Below are positions 35,078 through 44,079 of a stretch of DNA of 64,000 bases, piece by piece. Position numbers and translations under genes: made by a program. Origin of the DNA: Candidatus Dormiibacterota bacterium (GTDB lineage: Bacteria; Chloroflexota; Dormibacteria; Dormibacterales; Dormibacteraceae); NCBI GenBank assembly GCA_035531515.1, contig DATKSS010000007.1, positions 18,836 through 82,835 on the forward strand, given 5' to 3'. Under the pieces are notes generated by a model. It saw nothing but the letters and a program-made list of their open reading frames with translations, searched no databases and had not been told where the DNA came from. Numbering within the stretch: the first letter of the stretch is position 1; each line of letters opens with the position of its first letter.

Positions 35078-36277
35078 ATGCTTGACCTGGCGCTCACCCC
35101 TGACCAGGAGCAGCTGGTCTCCACCGTCCGCGAGTTCTGCGCGCGGGAGTTCGCACCGCACATCCGGGACAACGACCGCGCCCGCCACCACGACCCGGAG
35201 ATCTTTGCCAAGCTCGCGTCCATAGGCCTGCCCGGTGTGTGCTTCCCGCAGCGCTACGGCGGGGTCGGGCTGGATTACCTCTCCCTGGGCCTGGTCTGCG
35301 AGGAGCTCGAGTACGTCGACACGGTGTACCGCACCGTCTTATCGGTGCACGTCGGCCTGGTGGGGATGGGCCTGTACACCTGGGCGACCGAGGAGCAGAA
35401 GCAAAGCTGGCTCGTGCCGATGGCGTCGGGCCAGAAGCTCGCTTGCTATGGGCTGACCGAGCCCAACGCCGGCTCGGACGTGGCGTCGATGCAGTCGACG
35501 GCGCGGCGCAGCGGTGACGTCTATGAGTTGAACGGCGAGAAGACCTGGGTCTCGGATGCCGACACCGCGGATTTCCTTCTCGTCTTCGCGAAGACGGACC
35601 CGAAGGGCGGTTCCCGCGGCGTGACCGCCTTCATGCTCGACCGCGCCGCCTGCGGTAAGGCGCTGCGAACCAGCCCGATCGAGGACCGCCTGGGGATCTG
35701 GGCCGGCGACGTCGGCTCGATCTCCATGTCCGGCATCGAGGTGCCCGAGGCGAACCGCATCGGCGACGAGGGCGACGGTTTCAAGATCGCGATGAGCTGC
35801 CTCGACAACGGCCGCTACACGGTGGCCGCGGGCGCCACGGGCACCGTGCGCGCGTGCCTGGACGCGTCGGTCGGCTACGCGCGAGAACGCAAGACCTTCG
35901 GCCAGGAGATCGGCCGTTACCAGCTGGTGCAGCAGATGATCGCGCGCATGTCACGCGACTACGAGATCTGCCGCCTGCTTTACCAGAAGGTCGCATGGAT
36001 GAAGAACACCGGCCTGCGGCACACGCGCGAGGTGTCGATGGCCAAGCAGTACGCAACCGACGCGGCCTTCAACGCCGCCAACGACGCGATCGAGGTGCAT
36101 GGCGCGTACGGCTACTCGTCCGAGTACCCGGTCGAGCGCTTTCTCCGCAACTCGAGGGCGCCGATCATCTACGAGGGCACGCGCGAGATCCACACGATCC
36201 TCCAGGGCGAGTATGCGTTGGGCTACCGCGAGGACCGCCCGCTCAAGAAGTCACTTCCACCATATCGACCTGATTGA
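35078..36277 (+). CDS. Acyl-CoA dehydrogenase
   Basis: 399 aa. LACYGLTEPNAGSD and the C-terminal YEGTREIH catalytic-base block. Confidence 0.9.
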   Translation: MLDLALTPDQEQLVSTVREFCAREFAPHIRDNDRARHHDPEIFAKLASIGLPGVCFPQRYGGVGLDYLSLGLVCEELEYVDTVYRTVLSVHVGLVGMGLYTWATEEQKQSWLVPMASGQKLACYGLTEPNAGSDVASMQSTARRSGDVYELNGEKTWVSDADTADFLLVFAKTDPKGGSRGVTAFMLDRAACGKALRTSPIEDRLGIWAGDVGSISMSGIEVPEANRIGDEGDGFKIAMSCLDNGRYTVAAGATGTVRACLDASVGYARERKTFGQEIGRYQLVQQMIARMSRDYEICRLLYQKVAWMKNTGLRHTREVSMAKQYATDAAFNAANDAIEVHGAYGYSSEYPVERFLRNSRAPIIYEGTREIHTILQGEYALGYREDRPLKKSLPPYRPD

Positions 36278-37620
36278 CCCCATCCGTGGCCGTGACCGCG
36301 CGACCACCCCTTCGGCGTCTCGGACACCTGGACTTCGCCCTTCTCTCGATCTACTGGGTCGCGATCGGCTACCTGTGGACGAGCCTCGGCGGCCTGATCA
36401 TCCCGGACCTGGTGCTGCAGCTCGTGGGCACCGCGAACGAAGGCGTGGCGCTGGCCCTGCTCGAAGGAGTCGGCTCGCTGATGGCCGTGGTCTGGCAGCC
36501 GGTGATCGGGGCGGTTTCGGACCGCGCGCGCACGCCGTGGGGCCGCCGCCGGCCGTTCATCGTGGCCGGCACGGCCGGCGACGTGATCTTCCTGGTCGGC
36601 CTTGCCCTCTCCGGCAGCTTCTGGGTCGTGCTGATGTTCTATTTCCTGCTCCAGACTGCCTCCAACACCGCCCAGGGCCCCTACCAGGGCCTGCTGCCGG
36701 ATGTCGTCCCGGAAGAGCAGCGGGGCACGGCGTCGGGCTACTACGGGATCTCCAACGTCGTCGGCCTGCTGGCGGGCACCGTGGGAGCCGGGTTCATCCT
36801 CGCGCACGCGGGGCGCACCGCCGCGATCCTGAGCATCTGCGTGCTGCTGGTCGCAACGATGCTCCCCACGGTCCTGCTCATCGAGGACCGGGCCGAGCCC
36901 TTGCACGCCCAGTTCACAGGCGTTGGGCAGGCGGTCAGGACGACCTTCGCCGAGCCTTTGCGGAACCGGGCCTTCCTGTGGCTGATGGCTTCGCGCCTTC
37001 TCATCCTCATGGGGTTGGTCGGCGTTCAGAGCTTCGTCCTGTTCTACTTCAACAATGTCTTTTTCAAAGGCGACCGCAGCGCCACGATCACGGCCAGCTA
37101 CACGCTGCTCGGGCTGGTGATCATTTGCGCCTTCGCGATCTCCCTCCCAGCCGCTCGAGCCTCGGATCGACTGGGACGCCGGCCACTCATCGCCGCCGGC
37201 GGCCTGCTCGGCGCGGCCGGGATGCTGATGCTGATGTTCAGTCACTACCAGCTGCTACCGTTCCAGGCCGTTCACCCGCTCGCCCAGGCCCTGAAGGTCC
37301 CCGACCTCGCCGCGCAGGCGACACTGGTCGGGATCTTGATCGGGATCGGTTACGGCTTGTTCTTCTCAGTCGATTGGGCTTTCATCCAGGATGTGATCCC
37401 GCATGACGAAGCCGGCCTGTTCATGGGCTTCAGCAACATCGCGACTGCGGGTTCGGGGGTCATCGCGCGCCTGGTCGGCGGTCTCTTGTTGCAGCAGTTC
37501 AACGGCGGCCCACGGATCCTGGGCCTGCCCGGAGGGTTCCCCGTCATCTTCGGCGTGTTCGCGATCTGGCTGGTCGCAGGCTCGGTGGCGATCTTGAAAG
37601 TGCCGGAGCATCGGCGGTGA
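36274..37620 (+). CDS. MFS transporter
   Basis: 448 aa with about 12 hydrophobic helices and a DRARTPWGRRRP loop motif. The TTG start overlaps the ACAD stop (TTGA). Confidence 0.85.
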   Translation: MTPSVAVTARPPLRRLGHLDFALLSIYWVAIGYLWTSLGGLIIPDLVLQLVGTANEGVALALLEGVGSLMAVVWQPVIGAVSDRARTPWGRRRPFIVAGTAGDVIFLVGLALSGSFWVVLMFYFLLQTASNTAQGPYQGLLPDVVPEEQRGTASGYYGISNVVGLLAGTVGAGFILAHAGRTAAILSICVLLVATMLPTVLLIEDRAEPLHAQFTGVGQAVRTTFAEPLRNRAFLWLMASRLLILMGLVGVQSFVLFYFNNVFFKGDRSATITASYTLLGLVIICAFAISLPAARASDRLGRRPLIAAGGLLGAAGMLMLMFSHYQLLPFQAVHPLAQALKVPDLAAQATLVGILIGIGYGLFFSVDWAFIQDVIPHDEAGLFMGFSNIATAGSGVIARLVGGLLLQQFNGGPRILGLPGGFPVIFGVFAIWLVAGSVAILKVPEHRR

Positions 37621-38543
37621 TGAACCTTGACGGGCTGAGCGCGTGGGGAGGCCTGGCCGCCGGCGACGCGGCCGGTGGCGCCGATGTCGTGGTGGCCGGC
37701 ATCGCCTACGACGGCTCGGCCGTCTACCGCAAAGGCGCGGCGCTGGCGCCCCAGCGCATACGCAGCCTGTCCGGCGTCATGCCCCCGGTCACCGAGGACG
37801 GGACGCTGCTTCGAGGGTTGCGGGTGCGGGACATCGGCGACCTTGACCCTGGGCCGGACATCGAGACGGGTTGGAGCGCCGTGGCCGACAGGCTGGCGCA
37901 GGTCCCTGTCGAATCCTTCCTGACCGTGCTCGGGGGAGACCACTGCACGGCGATCGCGACACTCGCCGCGCAGCAGCGGCGCCACCCAGGCCTGGCGGTC
38001 CTCTGGGTGGATGCCCACCCCGACCTGTGCGATTTCTCGCGCGGAGGGCGCTGGACCTGCGGCTGCGCGCTGCGCCGGGCGTTCGACGTCTCGGGGATCG
38101 ACCCGGCGAGCGTCGTGGTGGCCGGCGGTCGCGATTACGACCCGGAGGAGCTGGAGTTCATATCCAACCACGGCATGCTGCTCTTGGGGGCCGCCGAGCT
38201 CGCCCGGGACCTGTCGGGATCCGCGAGGAAGATCGCCGAGCGGCTGGCCGGGCGCCAGGTCCACGTGTCATTCGACATCGACGTCCTCGACCCCGCGTTC
38301 GCTCCCGGCACCGAGATCCCGTCCTCGGGCGGCCTTTCGACCCGACAGGCGCTGGACCTGCTGGCCGCTGCCACCGCGAGGTCGGAGGTGGTTGGCTTCG
38401 ACCTGGTCGAGGTGTCACCGCCCTTCGACCAGGGCGAGATCACGACCCTGGCGGCGCTCAAGCTGATCTTCGAGGTCTGGGGCGCGACATGGAGGGCAAG
38501 GCGTTCAGTCGGGCAGGTGGTCGAGGGTCATGGAAAGCGCTGA
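37617..38543 (+). CDS. Ureohydrolase (arginase/agmatinase/guanidino-acid hydrolase family)
   Basis: 308 aa. GGDH, VDAHPDL and SFDIDVLDPAFAPGT Mn-binding motifs. The GTG start overlaps the MFS stop (GTGA). Confidence 0.85.
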   Translation: MMNLDGLSAWGGLAAGDAAGGADVVVAGIAYDGSAVYRKGAALAPQRIRSLSGVMPPVTEDGTLLRGLRVRDIGDLDPGPDIETGWSAVADRLAQVPVESFLTVLGGDHCTAIATLAAQQRRHPGLAVLWVDAHPDLCDFSRGGRWTCGCALRRAFDVSGIDPASVVVAGGRDYDPEELEFISNHGMLLLGAAELARDLSGSARKIAERLAGRQVHVSFDIDVLDPAFAPGTEIPSSGGLSTRQALDLLAAATARSEVVGFDLVEVSPPFDQGEITTLAALKLIFEVWGATWRARRSVGQVVEGHGKR

Positions 38544-39672
38544 CGTAGTCATCGCGGGCGGCGGGGTCATGGGCTGCGCGTTGGCCTATCAGCTGGCCAA
38601 GCGCAAGGTCGACGTCCTGCTGCTCGAACGGGAGACGCTTGGCTCGCAATCCACCGGGAAGTGCGCAGGTGGGGTGAGGCAGCAGTTCTCGATGGAAGCC
38701 AACGTGCGGCTGCAGATGCTCTCGGTGCGCATACTCGGCGACTTCGAGCACGAGACGGGGCATCCGGCCGACTTCCGCCAGATCGGCTACCTGTTCCTCC
38801 TGACCCTGCCCCAGCACATGGAGGAGTTCCACCACAACATGGAGATGTGGCAGCGGGTCGGTCTCAAGGAGGCACGCTGGGTCGACCCCGCCGAGGCCGC
38901 CCGCATGGTCCCGGTGCTCAACGTCGACGACGTGCTTGGCTGCACCTTCTGCCCGAGCGATGGGATAGCCAGCCCGGCCGACGTGACCGCGGGCTATGCG
39001 GAGTCGGCCCGGCGATTGGGCGCGAGGCTCGAAGAAGGCGTCGAGGTGGTGGGGATCGACGCGGCAGCGGGCCGGGTGCAGGGCGTCCGCACCTCCAAGG
39101 GCGACGTGGCGACCCGGGTTTTCTTCAACTGCACCGGCGCCTGGTCTGCGTCGATCGGGCGCATGGCCGGCCTCGAGATCCCGATCCTCCCGTACCGCCG
39201 CCACATCGTTGTCACGGGGCCGTTTCCGGCTGTTTCGCGGACGAATCCCATGACGGTCGACTTCCGCACCTCGTTCTACTTCCACCCCGAGGGGGACGGG
39301 CTCCTGCTGGGAATGAGCGACCGCGACGAGCCGCCCAACTTCAGCACCGAGGTCAACTGGGACTTCCTCGAGAAGGTGTTCGAGGAGGCCGCCCGCCGTG
39401 CGCCTGCGCTAGCCGGCGCGGGCGTCAAGACGGCGTGGGCGGGGCTGTACGAGACCACTCCCGACCAGCAGGCGATCCTCGGACCGACGGGTGAGCTCGA
39501 CGGATTCTGGTGCGCGGCCGGGTTCAGCGGCCACGGGTTCATGCAGGCGCCGGCGGCTGCGCTGCTCCTGTCTCAGATGCTGCTCGACCACCGATCCGAG
39601 GTCGACATCTCACCATTCGCGATGTCGCGGTTTGCGAAGGGCTCCCTGGTCCGCGAGAGGAACGTGATCTGA
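38530..39672 (+). CDS. FAD-dependent oxidoreductase (DAO / sarcosine-oxidase-beta-like)
   Basis: 380 aa. Dinucleotide fold VVIAGGGVMGCALAYQLA and C-terminal GFSGHGF. Confidence 0.85.
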   Translation: MESADVVIAGGGVMGCALAYQLAKRKVDVLLLERETLGSQSTGKCAGGVRQQFSMEANVRLQMLSVRILGDFEHETGHPADFRQIGYLFLLTLPQHMEEFHHNMEMWQRVGLKEARWVDPAEAARMVPVLNVDDVLGCTFCPSDGIASPADVTAGYAESARRLGARLEEGVEVVGIDAAAGRVQGVRTSKGDVATRVFFNCTGAWSASIGRMAGLEIPILPYRRHIVVTGPFPAVSRTNPMTVDFRTSFYFHPEGDGLLLGMSDRDEPPNFSTEVNWDFLEKVFEEAARRAPALAGAGVKTAWAGLYETTPDQQAILGPTGELDGFWCAAGFSGHGFMQAPAAALLLSQMLLDHRSEVDISPFAMSRFAKGSLVRERNVI

Positions 39673-39691
39673 GCCAGGTCCTCGCAGGACG

Positions 39692-39916
39692 CTAGCGGCG
39701 GACGATCAGCGCCAGGGTCATCAGAATCACGCCCCCAACCAGGAGAAGGCCCGAGCAGCCAACCTGGACCACGGTGTAGACGATGCCGCCGCTCGACGCG
39801 TATGTCTCCGAGTCCCGCCGGCGGCGGCGCGTACGAATGGCCGCCGCGACGCCCGCGAGCCCGACCAAAACAGCCAGGAGCCCCAACCCAAACGCCCCCG
39901 CGCTTTGGCCGAACAC
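39692..39916 (-). CDS. Small two-helix membrane protein
   Basis: 74 aa. Two hydrophobic segments separated by RTRRRRRD. Confidence 0.4.
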   Translation of the reverse strand: MFGQSAGAFGLGLLAVLVGLAGVAAAIRTRRRRRDSETYASSGGIVYTVVQVGCSGLLLVGGVILMTLALIVRR

Positions 39917-40012
39917 CGTCTGTCAGTATGCCTTCGGTCGAGCTAAGCCTCCAGCGGGCCGTCATCGTCAAGCAGCGCAAATCGAAGCCAATGGCCTCTA
40001 GCATTCAGACCC

Positions 40013-40915
40013 GTGGCACGGATCCTCCTGCTTGGCTCGACCGGGTTCTTCGGACGTGGTGTCGCGCACAGGCTGATCGACGGAGGGCACCAGCTCAGGG
40101 TCCTGGTCCGCGACCCCATGAAGGCGGCAGCGTTCAAGGTGCGAGGCGCGCAAGTGCTGGTCGGCGATGCGCTGAACCCGGCCGCCGTCGCGCAGGCGGC
40201 GCAGGGCGTCGAGCACATCGTGAGCCTGGTCGCGGTTCGGCGCAATCGGCCGCAGTCGTACCTCGCGGTGAACGTCGACGGGGCGCGCATCGTCGGCGAG
40301 GCGGCCAAAGCCGCGGGGGTCAAATCCGTCATCTTCGTCAGCGCCATCGGCGCGCGCCTCGACGCGCACTACAAGTACCTCACCTCACGCTGGATGGGGG
40401 AGCAGGAGCTTGCCAAGACCGGTGTCGCCGGGACGATCCTGCGTTTCTCCTTCGTGCTCGCCGAGGAGGGCGGAGTCGTCACCGATTTCGAGCGGGCCGC
40501 CAACTTCGGGCCCTTCCTGATCATCCCCGGCAACGGCCAGACGCAATTGCAGCCGATCCTGAGAGAGGACGCCGCGCGGTGCGTGGTGGAGACCATGGAC
40601 CACCCGGAGCTGCTCGGCAAGATCATCGAGCTTGGCGGTCCCGAGGTCGTGACTTATGAGCAGATGTTCGACTGGTTCATTCAGGCCCGCGGCATCAAGA
40701 AGCGGAAGCTCAAGCTGCCGGTCGCGCTGCTGCTTCCCGGGGCCACCGTGATGGAGACCCTCCTCAAGGATCCTGTGGTCACGCCTGACGAGATCAACAC
40801 CATCCAGCTGCCGAACGTCGCCGATGGGATCGACTCTGTCAGCTCCCATTATGGATGGCGTCCCACGGCACCCAGCTCCTGGGCACCTGTCCACTGGAAG
40901 AAACCCACCCGCTGA
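40013..40915 (+). CDS. NAD(P)H-binding NmrA/NDUFA9-like atypical SDR
   Basis: 300 aa. ILLLGSTGFFGRGVAHRL. Confidence 0.8.
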   Translation: MARILLLGSTGFFGRGVAHRLIDGGHQLRVLVRDPMKAAAFKVRGAQVLVGDALNPAAVAQAAQGVEHIVSLVAVRRNRPQSYLAVNVDGARIVGEAAKAAGVKSVIFVSAIGARLDAHYKYLTSRWMGEQELAKTGVAGTILRFSFVLAEEGGVVTDFERAANFGPFLIIPGNGQTQLQPILREDAARCVVETMDHPELLGKIIELGGPEVVTYEQMFDWFIQARGIKKRKLKLPVALLLPGATVMETLLKDPVVTPDEINTIQLPNVADGIDSVSSHYGWRPTAPSSWAPVHWKKPTR

Positions 40916-41457
40916 AGCTGCGCGCGTTCTTCGGGCTGCCGGTGCCCGCGACGCGCCTGGAGCCGCTGTCCCAATACGTCGAGGCATGCGCGTCCGTTGC
41001 CCCGGAGTTCCGCTGGGTCCCGCCGGCCAACCTGCACCTCACGGTGCGATTCGTCGGATCGGTCGAGCGCGAGCTCGTCGACCGCGTCGCCGGTCGCCTG
41101 GAGACGGCGGGCCTCTCGAGCTTCGAGCTCGAGCTCGGCGACCTCGGGACCTTCAGGCGCGGACGGCTCGTGCGGGTCGTGTGGGTGGGCCTGCGGTCAG
41201 GAGCCGAGCAGGCTTCCGAGCTTGCGGCGCGGGTTGAGGCCGAGTGCGACCGGGCCGGCCTTGCGTCGGAAGCGCGAGCCTTCCAGCCGCACCTGACCCT
41301 GGCGCGAGCCCGAGCTCGGGACGGCGGGGTCCTGCCGGTCCTGCCCGAGGCGCCGCGAGTCGAGCCGTGGCGCGCGCGGGAGCTGGTGCTGTATCAGAGC
41401 CGGCTGGGACGCGCAGGCGCCGCTTACGAGCCCTTGAGAGTCCTACGCCTGGATTGA
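40855..41457 (+). CDS. thpR: RNA 2',3'-cyclic phosphodiesterase (2H family, ThpR/LigT-like)
   Basis: Two HxT motifs, NLHLTVRF and PHLTLAR. The only canonical start gives a 61-nt overlap with the upstream gene. Confidence 0.75.
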   Translation: MASHGTQLLGTCPLEETHPLKLRAFFGLPVPATRLEPLSQYVEACASVAPEFRWVPPANLHLTVRFVGSVERELVDRVAGRLETAGLSSFELELGDLGTFRRGRLVRVVWVGLRSGAEQASELAARVEAECDRAGLASEARAFQPHLTLARARARDGGVLPVLPEAPRVEPWRARELVLYQSRLGRAGAAYEPLRVLRLD

Positions 41458-41850
41458 GGCGGCCCCCGCTTCTGCGCACTCGAGGTCTTGCTCCGGGCGT
41501 GCGCCGCTGACGCCGATGGCGCCGATCACGGCCCCGCCGCGCTTGATGAGCGCCGAGCCGGGTCCGGGGATGAGCGGCACCCTGGCCAGTCGATCTGCCG
41601 CCTTGAAGAATCCGGGCCGGTCCTGAGCCGTCTGCGCCAGCCAACCGCCGTCGCGCAGGAACATCGCCGCCCCGACGGCCTTCGCCTCGGCGATCTGGGG
41701 CGAGATCGGCGGCGCGCCGTCCATGCGCCCCAGGACCACGAGCAGCCCTCCGGAGTCGACGATGGCCACGGTGACCTTCAAGTCGAGCTCGGCGGCCTTG
41801 GCGTGCGCACGAGCCAAGGCCTTCTGGGCGTCCGCGAGGGTCAGCTCCAT
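41443..41850 (-). CDS. GlcG/HbpS-like (DUF336) heme-binding protein
   Basis: 135 aa. VAIVDSGGLLV...GAIGVSGA blocks. Confidence 0.75.
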   Translation of the reverse strand: MELTLADAQKALARAHAKAAELDLKVTVAIVDSGGLLVVLGRMDGAPPISPQIAEAKAVGAAMFLRDGGWLAQTAQDRPGFFKAADRLARVPLIPGPGSALIKRGGAVIGAIGVSGARPEQDLECAEAGAASIQA

Positions 41851-41867
41851 CTACCCTGTAGTCTCGC

Positions 41868-42632
41868 ATGGACCTGGGTGGGCGGGTCGCCATCGTCACG
41901 GGCGGCGGCACGGGCATCGGCCGCGCGGTCTCGCTGCGTCTCGCGAGATCCGGCGTGAAGGCTGTGCTGGTCAACTACTCGCGATCCGCGAAGGATGCGG
42001 AATCGACGGCCCACGATCTGCAGGCGATGGGGGTCGACGCGGTCGCGCACGAGGCGGATGTCGCCGATGAAAACGCGGTCAAGCGAATGGTCGCGGCGTG
42101 CGTCGAGCGTTTTGGCGCCCTGGACCTCCTGGTCAACAATGCAGGCACGACGCGCTTCATACCGCACCCGGACCTCGACGCGCTGACGGACGAGGTTTGG
42201 GACGAGATCCTGAGCGTGAACCTCAAGGGAACCTTCTACTGCTGTCGGGCCGCGGCCCCCGAGCTCCGCAAGGGCAACGGGGCAATCGTCAACGTCGCCT
42301 CGATCTCCGCTTACCGCGCGACGGGCTCATCGATTCCTTACGCGGTCTCGAAAGCCGGCATCGTCCAGCTCACCCGCGCGCTCGCTCTTTCACTCGCGCC
42401 CGATGTCAGGGTCAACTCGGTATCGCCCGGTCTCGTGTCGACGCGATGGTTCCGCAGCCGCTTCGGTGACGAGGCGGCACTCGCGCAAGAGGAATCGTTT
42501 GCGAAGGCGACGCCACTGCGGCGCATCGCATCGCCAGAGGACGTCGCGCGCGCGGTGGTCGCGCTGCTCGAGAACGACCTGATCACAGGGCAGGACCTGG
42601 TCGTCGACGGCGGCAAGAACGTCCTCTACTGA
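41868..42632 (+). CDS. SDR family oxidoreductase (FabG-like)
   Basis: 254 aa. VTGGGTGIGRAV, NNAG, YAVSKAG. Confidence 0.9.
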   Translation: MDLGGRVAIVTGGGTGIGRAVSLRLARSGVKAVLVNYSRSAKDAESTAHDLQAMGVDAVAHEADVADENAVKRMVAACVERFGALDLLVNNAGTTRFIPHPDLDALTDEVWDEILSVNLKGTFYCCRAAAPELRKGNGAIVNVASISAYRATGSSIPYAVSKAGIVQLTRALALSLAPDVRVNSVSPGLVSTRWFRSRFGDEAALAQEESFAKATPLRRIASPEDVARAVVALLENDLITGQDLVVDGGKNVLY

Positions 42633-42851
42633 GGAGCTTGGCGCAGGCTACTTCTTGAGGGTTGGCGGCGAACTGACTTTCGGGGCTTGCGCATTGTTAT
42701 GGACCCTATTACTGTTGGCCTTGGCCCCGAGGGAAACGTTCGAGGGGGCAGGAACAGGCCGCAAGGCCGGTACCAGCCCTTGAGAGGCGATCCGTCGGGG
42801 TCATTTGTTTTGGCGCCGGAATCTCGGTTCTGCGCGTTAGGCTGAGCGCCG

Positions 42852-44063
42852 ATGAAGGTTGCTCAGCGCGCCCCTCGCCAAGCCGGCCCTGCGGTGCCGC
42901 AGGCCTTCGAGATCTCGATCGTGATGCCTTGCCTGGACGAGGCCGAGACCCTGGCCGCCTGCATCCGCAAGGCGCAGCGGGCGATCGACGAGCACGGGCT
43001 GTCGGCGGAGATCGTGGTCGCCGACAACGGCAGCACCGACGGATCGCAGGTCATCGCACGGGAGCTCGGTGCGCGCGTGGTCGACGTGGCGAGAAAGGGA
43101 TACGGCAGCGCGCTGATCGGCGGCATCGATGCGGCTCGCGGTGGGATCGTGATCATGGGCGACGCCGACGACAGCTACGACTTTGCGGCCATCGAGCCAT
43201 TGGTCGAAAAGCTCCGCGAGGGCTTCGACCTGGTGGTCGGGAACCGCTTCGCCGGCGGTATCGCAAGCGGCGCCATGCCCTGGTCGCACCGGTGGGTCGG
43301 CAACCCGGTGCTGACCTGGATCAGCAGCGTCTTCTTCCACACGCCGGTCGGCGACATGCATTGCGGCCTGAGGGGTTTCCGTAAAGACGCTTACGAACGG
43401 CTGCGTCTTCGCGCGACCGGCATGGAGTTCGCGAGCGAGATGGTCATCAAGGCGTCGCTCCAGCGCATGAGGATCGCCGAGGTGCCGGTCACGCTGAGCC
43501 CCGACGGGCGCTCGCGCCCCCCGCACCTGCGCACCTGGCGCGACGGGTGGCGCCATCTGCGCTTCATGCTCCTGTTCAGCCCGCGATGGTTGTTCCTCTA
43601 CCCAGGCCTCGCCGTGTTCGTGGCCAGCATGGCAGTGGGCGCCTGGCTGGAGACAGGCCCTGTCTACATCGGCCATGTTCGATTCGATATCCACACGCTT
43701 TTGCTGGCCGGGTTCGGGTGCCTGATCGGTTATCAGCTCGTTGTCTTCGCCGTGTTCACCAAGGTGTTCGCGATGCAGCAAGGCTTTCACCCGAGGAACG
43801 CAACCTACAGCACGCTGTTTCGTCATGTACGCCTGGAGACCGGGCTCCTGGTCGGCGCGCTGACGTTCGTAGTCGGCTTGGCGGGGACGCTGGCCGCCGT
43901 CGTGTCGTGGCAGGCCGCGGGATTTGGTTCGCTCAACCCTTCGACGACCATGCGGGAGGTGATCCCGGCCGCGGTGCTCATGACCCTCGGCGTGCAGACG
44001 ATCTTCGCCAGCTTTTTCCTGAGCATCCTGGGCATCGATAACGAAGCCGACGGCGTGGCTTAG
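42852..44063 (+). CDS. GT2 glycosyltransferase with four C-terminal TM helices (polyprenyl-phosphate glycosyltransferase-like)
   Basis: 403 aa. ISIVMPCLDEAETL, NGSTDGS and the DxD motif GDADDSYD. Four hydrophobic helices follow residue ~240. Confidence 0.8.
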   Translation: MKVAQRAPRQAGPAVPQAFEISIVMPCLDEAETLAACIRKAQRAIDEHGLSAEIVVADNGSTDGSQVIARELGARVVDVARKGYGSALIGGIDAARGGIVIMGDADDSYDFAAIEPLVEKLREGFDLVVGNRFAGGIASGAMPWSHRWVGNPVLTWISSVFFHTPVGDMHCGLRGFRKDAYERLRLRATGMEFASEMVIKASLQRMRIAEVPVTLSPDGRSRPPHLRTWRDGWRHLRFMLLFSPRWLFLYPGLAVFVASMAVGAWLETGPVYIGHVRFDIHTLLLAGFGCLIGYQLVVFAVFTKVFAMQQGFHPRNATYSTLFRHVRLETGLLVGALTFVVGLAGTLAAVVSWQAAGFGSLNPSTTMREVIPAAVLMTLGVQTIFASFFLSILGIDNEADGVA

Positions 44064-44079
44064 GAGCGTCACCGCCCAG

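Noticed and set aside
40855-40915. 61-nt overlap between the NmrA-like gene and thpR, as a sign of a frameshift or gene fusion.
   Set aside because: The two are in different frames, with an intact stop for the upstream gene. There is no alternative ATG, GTG or TTG start for thpR downstream before the conserved region. This is probably a genuine overlap or a non-canonical start, and it is not otherwise remarkable.
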